Of a DNA stretch of 64,000 nucleotides, positions 45,906 through 60,099 are shown one piece after another. The position numbers and the translations under genes are program-made. Location of the stretch: NCBI RefSeq assembly GCF_009914755.1, contig NC_060936.1. One strand, written 5' to 3'. The DNA comes from the human T2T-CHM13v2.0 reference genome, Homo sapiens. Numbering within the stretch: position 1 is the stretch's first letter; each line of letters opens with the position of its first letter. Under the pieces are notes generated by a model. It did no database searches, was not told the origin of the DNA, and was given only the letters and a program-made list of their open reading frames with translations.

Positions 45906-46359
45906 AAAGCTACTCTTTGGTGTCATGTTTGGACTCAAAAGTAACAAAGATGTGAGCATAAACAATTCATAAATTTGCACCTTGAAAAGGCTGAGCAATC
46001 TTGAATATTGTCGATTGGCATATTATCCTGTCTTGTAGGAGCTTTTCACTGATATACTATCAAACTAAGAGTTTCCTCCGAAATAATAAGGCTTTTTAGC
46101 TCACCTATGAGCTAAAGATTTCATGTGGTATTATCTCATCTTGTTCTCAGCAATCTCTGTAATAGAGACTGATATTCGTGCATAGCATGCTTTGCCATCT
46201 CATGTTGATGTATTTAATCTTGATAACACTCCTGTGAAGTAGATGAACAGCCTTCTGTAGATGCTGTTATTATTTATCTCTGTTTTAAAAGCCACACAAC
46301 TGGTAAATTCATGAATAAACTCAACAAATATTGTTCACTGTCTTATATTCAGCTTTTTA

Positions 46360-46960
46360 TTATTCAGGGTCCCACTAGACATTCTGCGCATATCAGGAAT
46401 TATATGATAAGAAGAAAAAAGACACTGCCTTTGTCCTCATGGAGCCTACAGTCCAGGAGGATCCAGACATTATAGAACTAATCACAAAACAAATAAAGAA
46501 TTATAGCTGTGCTCACTGGTGTCATAAAGGGTGACATGGCTCCTAGGAAGCATATATTCAAGGGACCTAAATGGTCTAGGAGGTCTGGTTTTCCTGTGGA
46601 GTGATGTGGAGGTGAGGGCTGGGTATGAATAGGAGTTTTAGGGTAAGGAGGTGGCAAAACAGCATATGCAAAGGCCCTGTGGCAGCAGTAAGTGTCCTGT
46701 GTGAGAGATGGGCATGAGTGAGCAGGGGCATCGTGTGAGATGCAGATGCAGGGGTTTGGTGGGGACTGGACTCACAGAACTTGTGAGCCAGGCCAAGGGT
46801 TTTATATCTTTACTCGGACAAGGTTTGGGGTTCTAAAGAGAAGAGCAATGTGGTAAGGTTTGTCTTTGAAGGGATCTCTTGCTCTAATGTGGGCAGTGGG
46901 TGCTGGGGACAGAGCAGGCACCAGGAACCTGACAGGGCTGTTGGAGAGGTCCAGAGCAGG
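46360..46960 (-). mobile_element. L2 fragment
   Basis: CCTCATGGAGCCTACAGTCCAG and AACAGCATATGCAAAGGCCCTG motifs. Confidence 0.75.
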
Positions 46961-47280
46961 CCAAAGCTGACCCCAAATGCGTTTTCTTTCAAATATTTCT
47001 TTCACACAACCTTGCTGCACAGTGATCAGGGACATTTCATTGTCATGAATCTATAAATAGGAAACCTAGATTATAGGAGCATTATTTTATTAGGACTACA
47101 TCAGTGTTCAATGAGAAAGTCAACAAGAATAAAGAATGCGAGTGTTTTGATGCTCACCCCACTATACTATTTCACAGACTGTGCCAGCTAATACATAGGA
47201 ATAAGAATTATAAATCTTATTGTTTTAGCAGGTTTTCCTTTAGTCTGCTTTCTTTCTGTCTTAATTTGCAACCTCTGCAG

Positions 47281-47375
47281 GCATTCTGGCTGAAATCAAA
47301 CGACGCTGAAGTCATATCTGAGCTTTGGTTCACAAAAAGAAACTAAGAAAGCAAAATCTTGACAAAACTCTTGAA
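47281..47375 (+). pseudogene. TMTC1: TMTC1-like pseudo-exon D
   Basis: Pyrimidine tract plus CTGCAG acceptor. Reads AFWLKSNDAEVISELWFTKR/LRKQNLDKTLE vs ALQLKPKDPKVISELFFTKGNQLREQNLLDKAFE. Internal deletions; donor GC. Confidence 0.85.
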
Positions 47376-47599
47376 GCATGAACATTTAATTGAGTCAAGA
47401 CATTACATTTATGAATTAATATTCCTTTAATCTTTAAACATATACAGTAAAATCTAACATCATTGACAGGTTTATCTAATGTATCTTTTGGTTAACTGAC
47501 ATTATGTTTTAAATTTGGTTTCATAATTGAGCCTTCAGTTTTTTATTATTCAGGGACCCACAGTATCTCAGGATTATCATTTTCAGTTTTCCCTTTCTG

Positions 47600-47990
47600 T
47601 TTGCCTACAAAAACCCTGTCTTCTAGCTCAGCAGCGCCTGAATATGTTTTGGGCATTGCTACCTCTGTGCCTGTTCATGTTCTTGGAACAGCCCACCCCA
47701 CCCTGGCTTGACCACTGCTCATTCATGAAGCTGCACCTTGTTTCTTCCTTTCTTGGGAAGCTTTCCCTGACTACCCCAGCCACTTTGAGCTTGCTTCTGC
47801 AGAACTCTTTAAATACTGTCTATATCCATCATTTGAAAGTCACAATCTGTTGAATTGTGGTGTTAGGTCTCTCTATAACAATGTTTTATATCTTCCACTG
47901 CACTGGAAGTTCTTTAAGAAGAAAGACTGATTCTTTCTGTTTAAAACACTATGTCTTGCATCCAGTAGGTGTTTTATATCCACAGCATTA
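47600..47990 (+). mobile_element. L2 3' fragment
   Basis: GGGAAGCTTTCCCTGACTACCCCAG...CACTGGAAGTTCTTTAAG. Confidence 0.55.
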
Positions 47991-48474
47991 AAAATAAAAA
48001 GTATACATATTTTGCTCATTGATAAACACTTACAAATAGAGGCACCGTATGTTTTCCTTTTATTGGGCAAAGCCACTCCTTGGGCTCTATGATGTCTTAA
48101 AGTCATGCCAATTATATTTTGGACAAAACTTCAAGTTACAAAATTATGTCTGAAAATGAACAAGTGACTTTTGAAAAATAAATGCAAAGAAATTTGGAGA
48201 AAGTAAATTGAGGTTGAACCCTCAATAGAGACAACAATGCCAAATTTCAGATTGAAGTTATCTGGATATTCTCTCATCTGGTAAAAATTTTCAACATCGA
48301 CCTTCTTAAGTTTTTTTACCAACATAATTTTATAATAAATTTATAAATATATACTATATGCATATATACATATGTAAACATGTTACTAAAATTATAAGGA
48401 CTTAAAAAAAGGCACTTGCTGATTGACCAATGGATCAAATAGTCTTACATGGAGGATAAATATATTTGAGTTAA

Positions 48475-48710
48475 TAATAACAGCTAAAATGTGTTGGGTA
48501 CTTACTACGTGACAGGCACTATTCTAACAGCTTTATATGTATTAACTAATTAAATGTTGATAACCACCCTATAAGTTAGATAATATTATTATCCTCATCT
48601 TACAAATAAACTAAGACACAAGAAGATTAAGTAACAGGCCCAACATCACAAGCTAATAAGTGACACAGTCAGGATTTTAGCCCATAGATTTAATTACTAC
48701 ACTATACTCC
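48475..48710 (-). mobile_element. MIR
   Basis: TACTTACTACGTGACAGGCACTATTCTAA...ATTATTATCCTCATCTTACAAAT...TTAAGTAAC core. Confidence 0.85.
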
Positions 48711-49155
48711 TTCTCTGGTTAAATATTAATTACTCCAAGAATACATACCCTGCAAGTTTAATCATTTCTTTTAATAGCACAGGTTTTTTTTTAGTATTTA
48801 GCTCTTTTAATGAAACTAACACAATAAAAGCGTGGACCAAAAAGAAAAAAACTTGGAGAGGGGTGGATAATGCTCTTCGAATATTTGAAGACATTTATTG
48901 TGGCAACAGAAATTCATTTTGTGTTGCTCTAAATAGATTTGGTATAAAACTAAAGCTGATAGTGGATACAGGAGGAATAAACATTTCAGCTTAAAATAAA
49001 GGATTTCCAGTCTTTATAGACTTTCTTTCATTAATGATCCAATCTTCTTTTAAGAACATTCAGCATCTTGTCATGGAGATACTTAAGCACAAGCCAGATG
49101 ACCACATTATGATTAAATAAAAGATGTTACTAAATTGATGTTGAACTGTCCCTAG

Positions 49156-49501
<346 letters not shown>

Positions 49502-49559
49502 TAAGATTCTTAATGAGGAGTCAATAATGATGTAAATTTTTTCCAGGATCGAAATTTTT

Positions 49560-51697
49560 TTTTCAGGAAAAGCTCCATGGCATTGGATTTGGCAATAATT
49601 TCTTGGATATTGTAACAAAGGCACAGGTAACAAAAGAAAAATATATAAACAGACAACCAACAGAATGGGAGAAAATTTTTGCAAACTATGCATTTGACAA
49701 AGTTATAATATCTGGCATCTATAAGAAACTTAAACAAATTTACAAGAAAAAAAACAAACAGACCCATTAAAAAGTGGGCAAAGGACATGAACAGACACTT
49801 CTCAAAAGAAGACATACATGTAGCCAACAAGCATATGAAAAAGAAGTTCAACATCACTGATCATTAGAGAAATGCAAATCAAAACCACAATGAGATACCA
49901 TCTTACAATCATCGAAATGGCTATTGCTAAGAAGTCAAAAAATAACAAATGCTGGTGAGGTTGTGGAGAAAAAGGAATGCTTATACACTGTTGGTGGACA
50001 TGTAAATTGCTTCAACCATTGTGGAAAACAGTGTGGCAATTCCTCAAAGGCCTAAAGATAGAAATACCATTTGACCCAGCAATCCCATTGCTGGGTATAT
50101 GCCCAAAGGAAAACAAATCATTCCATTATAAAGACACATGCACACACATGCTCACTGCAGCACTATTCACAATAGCAAAGACATGGAATCAACCCAAATG
50201 CCCATCAATGATAGATCGGATAAAGAAAATGTGGTACATATATGGGATGGAATATTATGCAGCCATAAAAAAGAACAAGATCATGTCCTTTGCAGGGACA
50301 TAGATGGAGCTGGTGGCCATTATCCTTAGCAAACTAACACAGAAACAGAAAAGCACATACATATGTTCTCATAAGTGGGAGCTAAATGATGAGAACACAT
50401 GGACACATGCAGAGTAACAACACACACTGGGGCCTATCAGAGGGTGGAGGGTAGGAGGAGGGAGAAGATCAGGAAAAATAACTAATGGGTACTAGGCTTA
50501 ATACCTGAGTGATGAAATAATCTATGCAACAAACTCTTATGACATATTTACATATGTAATAAACCTGTACCTCTACCCCTGACCTTAAAATATGTTTTTT
50601 TAAAAAGAAAAGAAAAATAGACATTGGACTTCATAAAAATCAAAACTTTTGTGCGTCAAAAGATGCTGTTAGCAGAATAAGAAGGCAACTCACAGAATCA
50701 AAGAAAAGTTTGTAAATAATATATCTGAAAAAAGATTAATATCAAAATATATATCGTGAACTTCTAAAACCCAACAACAAAAAAGCAAATAACCTGATTC
50801 AAAAATCGGCAAAGAACTTGAATAGACATTTCTCCAGAAAAGATATATGAATGGCCAACAAGCACATGAAGATGCTCAATTTCACTAATCATTGAAGAAA
50901 TGCAAGTCAAAACTACGATGAGATAACCACCACACACCCCTTAGGATGACTACTAACAATGACAACAACAACAGCAACAAATAAAAATAAAAAACAGAAA
51001 ATAACAAGTGTTGGCAAAGATGTGGAGAAATGAATTCTTGCGAACTGTGGTCAGATTCTAAGACGATGTAGCCTCTACGAAAAACAGAGTAGAGGTTCCT
51101 AAAAATAGAATTATAAATCAGCAATTACACTTCTGGGTACATATTCAAAAGAATTGAAAACAGGGTCTAGAAGAGATTTTGTATACACATATTCATAGCA
51201 GTATTATTCACAGTAACTTACACCTAGAAGTAACCCAAGTGTCCACTAACAGATAAATGGATAAGCAAAATGTGGTATATACATAACAATGAGGTATTAT
51301 TTGGCCTTTAAAGGGAAGGAAATTCTGACACATGCTACAACATGGATGAAACTTGAAGACATTATGCAAAGTAAAATAAGCCAGTCACAAAAAGACAGAT
51401 ACTGTATGATTCTACTTAGAGGAGGTACCTAGAGTAGTCAAAATCATAGTGACAAAATGTAGAATGCTGGTTGCCAGGGCTGAGGGGAAGGGAAAATGAA
51501 GAGATATTATTTAATGAATACAGAGTTTCGGTTTTGTAAGATGAAAATATTTCATGCAAAGAAATCATACAAAAGAGATGGATTGTGGTGATGGTTGTAC
51601 AGCATCATGAATGTACTTAATACTATTGAACTATGTACTTAAAAATGGTTAAGATGGTAAATTGTATGTTATGTGTATTTTACCACAATTAAAAAAT
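49560..51697 (+). mobile_element. L1MB 3' portion with a nested older L1PA (about 49648-50610)
   Basis: ORF2 C-terminal ORF 49977..50303; L1PA13-16-like 3' UTR (GATCAGGAAAAATAACTAATGGGTACTAGG); L1MB resumes at about 50615. Confidence 0.88.
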
Positions 51698-52107
51698 GGG
51701 AAGAAACAATGATTTTTTTACCATCTCCATTATACTCAGTTTTTATAAGAGCTGAACAACAGTTTTCTTGCAGTCAAGGCCAGCAGGAAAAGATGCACTA
51801 TAATAGAAATCCCCTGGATTCCCTGCAGATGTCTTCAGTCGCTTCGAGTCCACAAGATTAGCTCTGCAGGGAAATTACACATTCCATTTTCCTTTACTTT
51901 CAAATCAACAACCTGTCCTTACACATGGCATTTTGGAAAATTACAGTATCTGGTTTTCTGTTATTTGGGAAATAATGGAAAATAACAGTGATAATTATTG
52001 GATCAACTGTTTAAATGTTTGTGTGTGAAGAGAGTAATTTCCACAACCCTGTAGTGTTAAAGACATGTTCTTCTTTCCTAACTTGAAGATATTTCTTTTT
52101 TATTTAG

Positions 52108-52184
52108 AGCTATAAAGCAGCCATGGAACTAAATTTAGACCAAGTGCAGGCCTGTATGAACATGGTAGCATCCAAAACACCAGG
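52108..52184 (+). pseudogene. TMTC1: TMTC1-like pseudo-exon E
   Basis: TTTTTTATTTAG acceptor. Reads SYKAAMELNLDQVQACMNM/SIQNTR vs SYRVAVQLNPDQAQAWMNMGGIQHIK, with a 1-nt frameshift near 52165. Confidence 0.85.
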
Positions 52185-52289
52185 ATATAAAACACAATTC
52201 ATTTCCATGTAAATGGAGTTTTCTCTTTGTGCTTTCTCTTTCTATATTTCTTCACTCTTAAATTATTAAAAACCTATATTCTCATTGAA

Positions 52290-52583
52290 TTTTTTTTTTT
52301 TGAGACAGTGTCTTGTTCTGTTGCCCAGGCTGGAGCACAGTTGTGCAATCACGGCTCACTGTAACCTCCACCTCCCAGGCTCAAGCTACTTTCCCACCAC
52401 AGTCTCCAAAGTAGCTGGGACTACAGGTGTATGCCACCACACTCAACAAATTTTAGCATTTTTTGTAGAGACAGGGTTTTGCCATGTTGCCCAGGCTGGT
52501 CTTGAACTCTTGAGCTCAAGCAATCCACTTGCCTTGACCTCCAAAAGTGCTGGGATTACAGGCATGAACCACCATGCCCAGCC
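52290..52583 (-). mobile_element. AluJ
   Basis: Antisense dimer; TSD CTCA(T/C)TGAATT. Confidence 0.9.
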
Positions 52584-53440
52584 ACTCACTGAATTATTTG
52601 AAGACCAAAAACATAGATGTTTAAAAGTGAAATTAGCAGTTTTTACTCTGCTTTGTGCCATGTGGATGTTTGATGTCATAAATCCCTCTGTTATTAAAAA
52701 AAAAAGTGTAATAATGAGGCACCATGATTTTACTGATCACAATAGAATCATATGGGCTTTCAGGAAGTATCATTATACAGCAATTATGAACTAATTTACA
52801 TAAACTAAAGGCCTGTTAGAGTTTACTTGGCTCATTTTCCTCACAGTTTTACTCAGATGTCAAGACTAAAGTACTATTTTAAGTACTATTGTCCTATTTC
52901 TTATATGTAATACATTTTTTCCTGACCTTTTACTGGTAAATAAACTTGCTCTCTTTTCCCCTTTTCTTCAAGAGAAAAACTAACCTTGATGAGTTTTTCA
53001 GCCAAGAAGGTCTGAGAAGTATTTTACTTTATCTAATAAAAGCAAAGATTAATCATTTTTTATTCATTTTTCTTTTCTCTGACTCAGTACTCAATACTTT
53101 CCCACTCCTAGCACTTCCCCTATCCTTTATCCCAGCATCTCTTCTCCACTGAAGCACAGATACTTTTGTTCATGGCCACCTCATCAGTAAAATCTGTCAA
53201 TCCACCTGACCCTCAACCAGCATGCCTTTCCATGGGGAAAACTAGAACTGGGGTTGGTGGCGGGTTGGGAGTGGCGGGAAGGCCATGCTTTCTCCAGCTT
53301 AGACTCTTGATTATACTACAGCAATAAACGATTAAAGACTTGACTAGTACTTTTATAATCAGCTACTCCAACACCTGGCAGCTCAGCTCTCTCCAGCTCA
53401 GCCAAGCCCTTGAAAATTAAATAAATCAGATGGAGCCAGA

Positions 53441-56400
53441 GGACTCCAGGAAGATGGTGGAATAGGAAGTACAAGGAATCCATTTCTTACCTAGACAACA
53501 AACACACTGGCAGTATCTACCTGATGTAACAATTTTGGATCTCTATGGCATACTGAAGGCTTGCAACTTCCACAGGAAGCCTTGGGCAGTAAATTGCAGT
53601 TAATTTTGGTCAATTTCATCTCTTAGTTTAGCAGAGGCTACCCACTCCCCCACTCCCAGCCCTGTGGCAGGCAGCCATGACTGGTTCCTAGAATTGCTTG
53701 CATGCAGCTTATAGGACAGAAGGCAAGGAGGGAAATAAGGATCCTGTCCCCCAAATATCAGAATCTGTGATCGGATTACTGACGGGTGCTTCTAATAACA
53801 GAGTGCAAGACAGAGGTGGCCAGCCATTTTTGTACTCTTCCCAAACCCCCTATTATTGCAAGCCCCTATTTGTCTACTGGAAGTGATTTTCTGGGGTTTT
53901 AAAGGGCCAGGGCCCTTGTCCCACTTCATTTTTCTTTTTCCCCTTTTGAGAGCCAGGCATTAAGGACTAGGACATTTAATAGTAACTGCATACCTGAGAA
54001 GACCTTAAATTTTCACCTCAGCTGATCCTCAGCACAGAGACAATCTACAACAACCAAAACAAAACAAAAAACAGCAAACACTGGAGAAGATGGAGAATCT
54101 GATTTCCATAGATACCACATTATCAGACTCAAATGTCCAGTTTTCAATAACAGAAAACAATCACAAACTATACAAAGAAACAGAAAATTATGATTTATTT
54201 AGGGAAAAAAATAAACCAACAGTAACTGTCTCTGAGAAAGACCAAATAGCAGAATGACTAGACAAACTTTTAAACAACTGTCTTAAATATACTCAAGGAA
54301 CTAAAATGTAGAGAAAATGAAAGAAACAAAATATGAACAACATGGAAATATCAATAAAGAGACAGAGATAGAGAACCTAAAAGGAAGCCAGAAGGGTATT
54401 CTAGAGCCAAAAAGTACAATAACTGAAATGAAAAATGCAGTAGAGGAATTAAAAGGCAGATTTGATCAGGAAGAAGAAAAAATAAGTGAATTGGAAGATT
54501 AAACATTTGAAATCATTAATTCTGAAGAATAGAAGGAAAAAAAGATTAAAGAAAAGTGAACAGAGCCCAAGAGACCTGTGGGATGCCATCAAGACAACCA
54601 ACATATGCATTGTGAGAGTTCCAGAAGGAGAAGAGAAACAAAGATTATTTGAAGGAATAATGGCCTAAAACTTCCCAAATTTGATGAAAGACACCAAAAA
54701 AAAAAAAAAAACAGCTAATAAACTCAATAAACCCCAAGTGGGGTAAATTCAAAGACACCTAAATTGAGACCTATTACATTAAACTGTTGAAAGCCAAAGA
54801 TAGAGAATCTTGAAAGCAGCAAGAGAGAAAGAAGTAACTCATCATATACAAGTGATCTTTAATATGGTCATCAACAGATTTCCCTTCAGAAATTTCGGAG
54901 ATCAGAAGGCAGTTGGCTGATATATTCAAAGGGCTAAATCAAAAGGGCCATCTACCAAAAATCCTACATCTGGCAAAAACTGTCCTTCAAAAGTGACGGA
55001 GAAATTGAGACATTCCCAGATAAACAAAAGCCGAGGGAGTTTGTTACCAATATACTGCCCTGCAAGAAACCCCAAATGGTGTTCTCTTGGTTGACATAAA
55101 AGGACAACACACAGTAACTCAAAGCCATATGAAGAAATAAAGATCTCAGTAAAGGAAAACATAGGCAATTATGAAAGCTGGTATTATCGTAACAGTGATT
55201 TGTAACTCCACTTTTTGTTTTCTACATGATCTAAGAAATTAATACATTTAAAAAATTATTAATCTGAAATCTAGATTAATGTAATGTTGATTTGTAACTG
55301 CGCTACATAATTTAGGAGATAATGCATTTTACAAAAACAATTACTAGTTTATGTTTTTGGATAACTAATGGACATAGATGAAATCTGGTGACATCAATAA
55401 CTAAAAGGGGAGGGGACAGAGCTGCAAATGAATACAGTAGATATTAAATGTAATCCCCATGGTAACCACAAAGAAAATCAACTAAATACAGTAATCAACT
55501 AAAAAAACAGTAATGCAGGAAATGAGGCACAAAAAGCTATAAGGCATATTGAAAATAAACAGCAAAATGACAGAATTTCCATCTTATCAGTAATTACTTT
55601 AGATATAAATGAATTAAATTTTCTAATCAAAAGGCAGAGATTAACAGAATGAGTAGGAAAACATGATCTAACTTTAGCTGTCTACAAGAGACTCGCTTTA
55701 GAACCAACGGCACAAATACATTGAATGTGAAAGAATGGGAAACGTTATTCCATGCAAATAGTAACCAAAGAGAGCAGAAGTGGCTACACCAATATCAGAC
55801 AAAATGGACTTTAAATTTAAAATTTTATGAGACAATGGACATTAGCAAATGCTTCATTACAGCAAGAAGCTATAACAATCATAAAAATTTATGCACCTAA
55901 TAACAGTCCATCAGAATATATGGGCGATAAAATGATAGAATTTAAGGAAGAAATAGACAACTCTACAATATTTGGAGACTTCAGTACCCCCATTCTCAAT
56001 AACAGATAGAACAATCAGACAGAAGATAAGTAAGGAAAAAGAGAACTTAAACAACACAATAAATCAACTATATCTAATAGATATATCCAGGACACTCTAC
56101 CCAGTAACAATGAGAGGTGACAGCATGCTGGCAGTCCTCAGAGCCCTCGCTTGCTCTCAGCACCTCCCCTGCCTGGGCTCCCACTTTGGTGGCATTTGAG
56201 GAGCCCTTCAGTCCCCCACTGCACTGTGGGAGCCCCTTTCTGGGCTGGCCAAGACCGGAGCCCACTCCCTCAGCTTGCAGGGAGGTGTGGAGGGAAAGAC
56301 ACGAGCGGGAACCGGGGCTGTGTGCGGCACTTGCGGGCCAGCTGGAGTTCCGGGTGGGCCTGGGCTTGGTGGGCCCCACACTCAGAGCAGCCAGCCGGCC

Positions 56401-58644
56401 CTGCTGGCCCCGGGCAATGGGGGACTTAGCACCCGGGCCAGTGGCTGCGGAGGGTGTACTGGGTCCCCCAGCAGTGCCGGCCCACCGGCACTGCGCTCGA
56501 TTTCTCGCCGGGCCTTAGCTGCCTTCCCACGGGGCAGGGCTCGGGACCTGCAGCCCGCCATGCCTGAGCCTCCCACCCCCTCTGTGGGCTCCTGTGCGGC
56601 CGAGCCTCCCCGACGAGCACCACCCCCTGCTCCATGGTGCCCAGTCCCATCGACCACCCAAGGGCTGAGGAATGCGAGCACACGGCGCAGGACTGGCAGG
56701 CAGCTCCACCTGCAGCCCGGGTGCGGGATCCACTAGGTGAAGCCAGCTGGGCTCCTGAGTCTGGTGGGGACGTGGAGAGTCTTTATATCTAGCTCAGGGA
56801 TTGTAAATACACCAATCAGCACCCTGTGTTTAGCTCAAGGTTTGTGAGTGCACCAATCGACATTCTGTATCTAGCTGCTCTGGTGAGGACGTGGAGAACC
56901 TTTATGTCTAGCTCAAGGATTGTAAATACACCAATCGGCACTCTGTATCTAGCTCAAGGTTTGTAAACACACCAATCAGCACCCTGTGTTTAGCTCAAGG
57001 TTTGTGAGTGCACCAATCGACACTCTGTATCTAGCTGCTCTGGTAGGGCCTTGGAGAACCTGTGTGTGGAAACTCTGTATGTAACTAATCTGATGGGGAC
57101 GTGGAGAACCTTTGTATCTAGCTCAGGGATTGTAAATGCACCAATCAGCGCCCTGACAAAACAGGCCACTCGGCTCTACCAATCAGCAGGATGTGGGTGG
57201 GGCCAGATAAGAGAATAAAAGCAGGCTGCCTGAGCCAGCATTGGCAACCCGCTCAGGTCCCCTTCCACACTGTGGAAGCTTTGTTCTTTCGCTCTTTGCA
57301 ATAAATCTTGCTACTGCTCACTCTTTGGGTCCACGCTGCTTTTATGAGCTGTAACACTCACCGCGAAGATCTGCAGCTTCACTCCTGAGCCCAGCAAGAC
57401 CACGAGCCCACCGGGAGGAACGATCAAGTCCAGACGCGCTGCCTTAAGAGCTGTAACACTCACCGCGAAGGTCTGCAGCTTCACTCCTGAGCCAGCGAGA
57501 CCACGAACCCACCAGAAGGAAGAAACTCCAAACACATCTGAACATTAGAAGGGACAGACTCCAGACGCGCCACCTTAAGAGCTGTAACACTCACTGCGAG
57601 GGTCCGCGGCTTCATTCTTGAAGTCAGTGAGACCAAGAACCCACCAATTCCGGACACAACAACACACATTCTTCTTAAGCGCATATCGGACATTTTCCAG
57701 AATAGATCACATATTAGGTCACAACTTAAGTCTCAATCGATTTAAAAAAAAATAGCTATCATATAAAGGATCATCTCCTATCAGGATGAGGTTCAAAATC
57801 AATAGGAAAGCAGGAAAATTCACAAATGTATGTAAATTAAATAACACACTCTTAGCCAATGGATCAAAGAAATCACAAGAGAAATTAGAAAGTACTTAGA
57901 GATGAATAAAAACAAATGCACAACACAATAATCTAGATTATGACCTCAACAAATGCTCATTATTATTATCATTGTTAGATCATTATTGGCATTACTGTGT
58001 TCAAAAGCAAGCTGGAGAACATGGCAAATCACCATATATTAAAGAGTTGGGAAATCCATGTGTCCTGCTGACACTGGAAAAGAGGCTAGAATCAAATTTG
58101 CAGGTAGCCCAAACCCTGAAAAATTGGTTAGGGTCTGGAAGGACTTCATCAGGTGGGACACAGCAAAAGCAGTAGTAAGGAGGAAATTTATAGCTATAAA
58201 CACATTAAAAAAATAAGAAAAATCAGAAAGTAGGGACATTACTACCAATTACACAAAATGTAAAGAGGGGTATAAGACAGTAACATGAATAATTATACAG
58301 CAACAAATTGAATAACTTAGATGAAATGGACAAATCCTAGAAACCCAAAACCTACTGAGACTGAATCAAGAAGATATAGAAAATCTGAATAGCCTATAAC
58401 TAATAAGGAGATTGAAGTAGTAATCAAAAATCAAAAATCAAAGAAAAGCTTTGGGCCTGATGGCTTCACAGGTGAATTCTACCAAACATTTAAATCACTA
58501 ATCCTAATCGTTTTCAAATTCTTCCAAAATTTGAAAAGGATGGAACACTTCTTAACTCATCCTATGAGGTCAGCATTACCTGGATACCAAAGCCAGACAA
58601 AGACATTACAAGAAAAGAGAGGTATAGACCAATGTCCCTTATGA
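53441..58644 (+). mobile_element. Old L1M 5' half (5' UTR, ORF1, ORF2 start; 3' part missing), interrupted by LTR12
   Basis: GACTCCAGGAAGATGG 5' end; ORF1 remnants 54317..54668; endonuclease remnant 55827..56009 (IYAPN, GDFSTP); ends at RPMSLM. Confidence 0.88.
56111..57658 (+). mobile_element. LTR12C (HERV9) solo LTR
   Basis: TGAGAGGTGACAGC start, CCGGACACA end, ACAA TSD, GC-rich U3, tandem CACCAATC repeats, AGATAAGAGAATAAAAGC promoter box. Confidence 0.96.
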
Positions 58645-59057
58645 TGGAGGCCTTGCTTTCACATCAGCAGTGACATAACCAGTGAAGCTTCTCTTTCACT
58701 CCGAGTTCAGGGTGGCACATTTTCTGAAACATGCTCACGAGCTTGGTGCTGAGAGATGAGAGATTCGCAATTTTTTTTGGCAGAAGATATAAAGAACAAC
58801 TAGGGAGAGAGGAGGAAACAAAAATTAATGTTGTGTCCATTTATGCTTGGTTTCATTTATACCCTTCTCTGCACTTGCAACCTGGGGATCTATTTCTATT
58901 TCTTAGCCATTAATGTCCACAATACAAAAGCTTGGAATGTTACAGAGCCAGAGCAGCTATTCTTGAATGGGTGAGATAGTTCAAAAAAGGAAAATCCTGC
59001 AGAGGTGAACCAATTGAAGAATGCTACCAAGAGGAGGCTAAGTTGATTCTCCAGAAC

Positions 59058-59174
59058 CATACAATACTTGGGACATATGTATACTTAAAAAAAAATTATT
59101 GTTTATCTAAAATTCAAATGTAACAGGGTACTCTATTTTTCATTTGTTTGTTTGTTGCTAAATCTGGCACTCTT
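59058..59174. mobile_element. MER53-like hAT fragment
   Basis: TTGGGACAT...TTGTTTATCTAAAATTCAAAT...ATCTGGCA. Confidence 0.65.
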
Positions 59175-60099
59175 CCTTCAGCTGGGAACATTCACCCATA
59201 AGTTTGTCACTTTTGTCCCATGCCATGGGATGACTGGATGGGGAAGGGTTGAGTCAGCAAATATGTGTTACATTCGTGGTTGGAGTCTGGCTCTAGGGAC
59301 GATATGAAAGAAGTCAGCTACATCACCCTATCATTTAATACTTGGGACCTGGAGGGCTTGTACAGTGCATTCCTTATACATGGTGAGCACTCCAGAAATC
59401 TTTGTAGATGCTTGAAGGAATGAATGATATTGTGGGTTTTTATAAGATTGCTACATCGGTGACGTGTAGGATACAGACTTGCAGATCTTAATGATTTCAG
59501 AGTGTTGTTAGAGAGCTGGATGATACTAGTAATAGAGTTTTTATTGGAATAAAGACTTTCTGCAAAGAGATAAGAATTCCATTTTGAGGGAAATAAGTCT
59601 GCTTGAACTAAAGGATCATAATAGTTTGGCATCTGTCCCACTGCAATTTTATGGAAAGAAGCTGCAGTTACTGACCCATTATTCTTTTTTTTCTATATAA
59701 AGGAGATTTGCCACTCCTTCATAAGTGGTATCCAAATGGAAGGGCTTGCAATTAAGAAGGAAAGTGCTGATCTGAGTATTTATGAAGTCTGCATCAGATT
59801 TTGAGCACAGGTCATCAGTTGAATTGGGTTTCAGGCCCAACAAAGTTGGTACCACACTGCTATTCACCAGTCTTTTTGAAAATATGTTCAACTCAAGTAA
59901 ATTCATTCTTACTTATGGAAAACTGCATACTCCAGTGGGAGATACTGGGGTGGATAAAGATTCATGAGACAAAAAGTCTGCCATGAAGAAGTTTATAGAG
60001 CACTAGATTCCATGCATTTGGCCTGCTCAAGCACATCCCTCCAGTAATGTCCCCTTCACTTCTGACATTGTCACCATCATTTTTTGCTCTCTTCTGGAT

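Noticed and set aside
52285-52794. 169-aa ORF just after pseudo-exon E
   Set aside because: Antisense AluJ read-through with no TMTC1 similarity.
56074-57693. Multiple overlapping GC-rich ORFs, CpG-island-like stretch and tandem repeats
   Set aside because: All are intrinsic to LTR12C; not a CRISPR array or a gene.
57972-58175. LEKRL in the ORF resembles the TMTC1 terminal exon
   Set aside because: Only five residues match, the surroundings do not align, and there is no acceptor.
59318-59967. Cluster of 60-107 aa ORFs in non-repeat sequence
   Set aside because: No recognisable homology, domain or splice structure; lengths are expected by chance.
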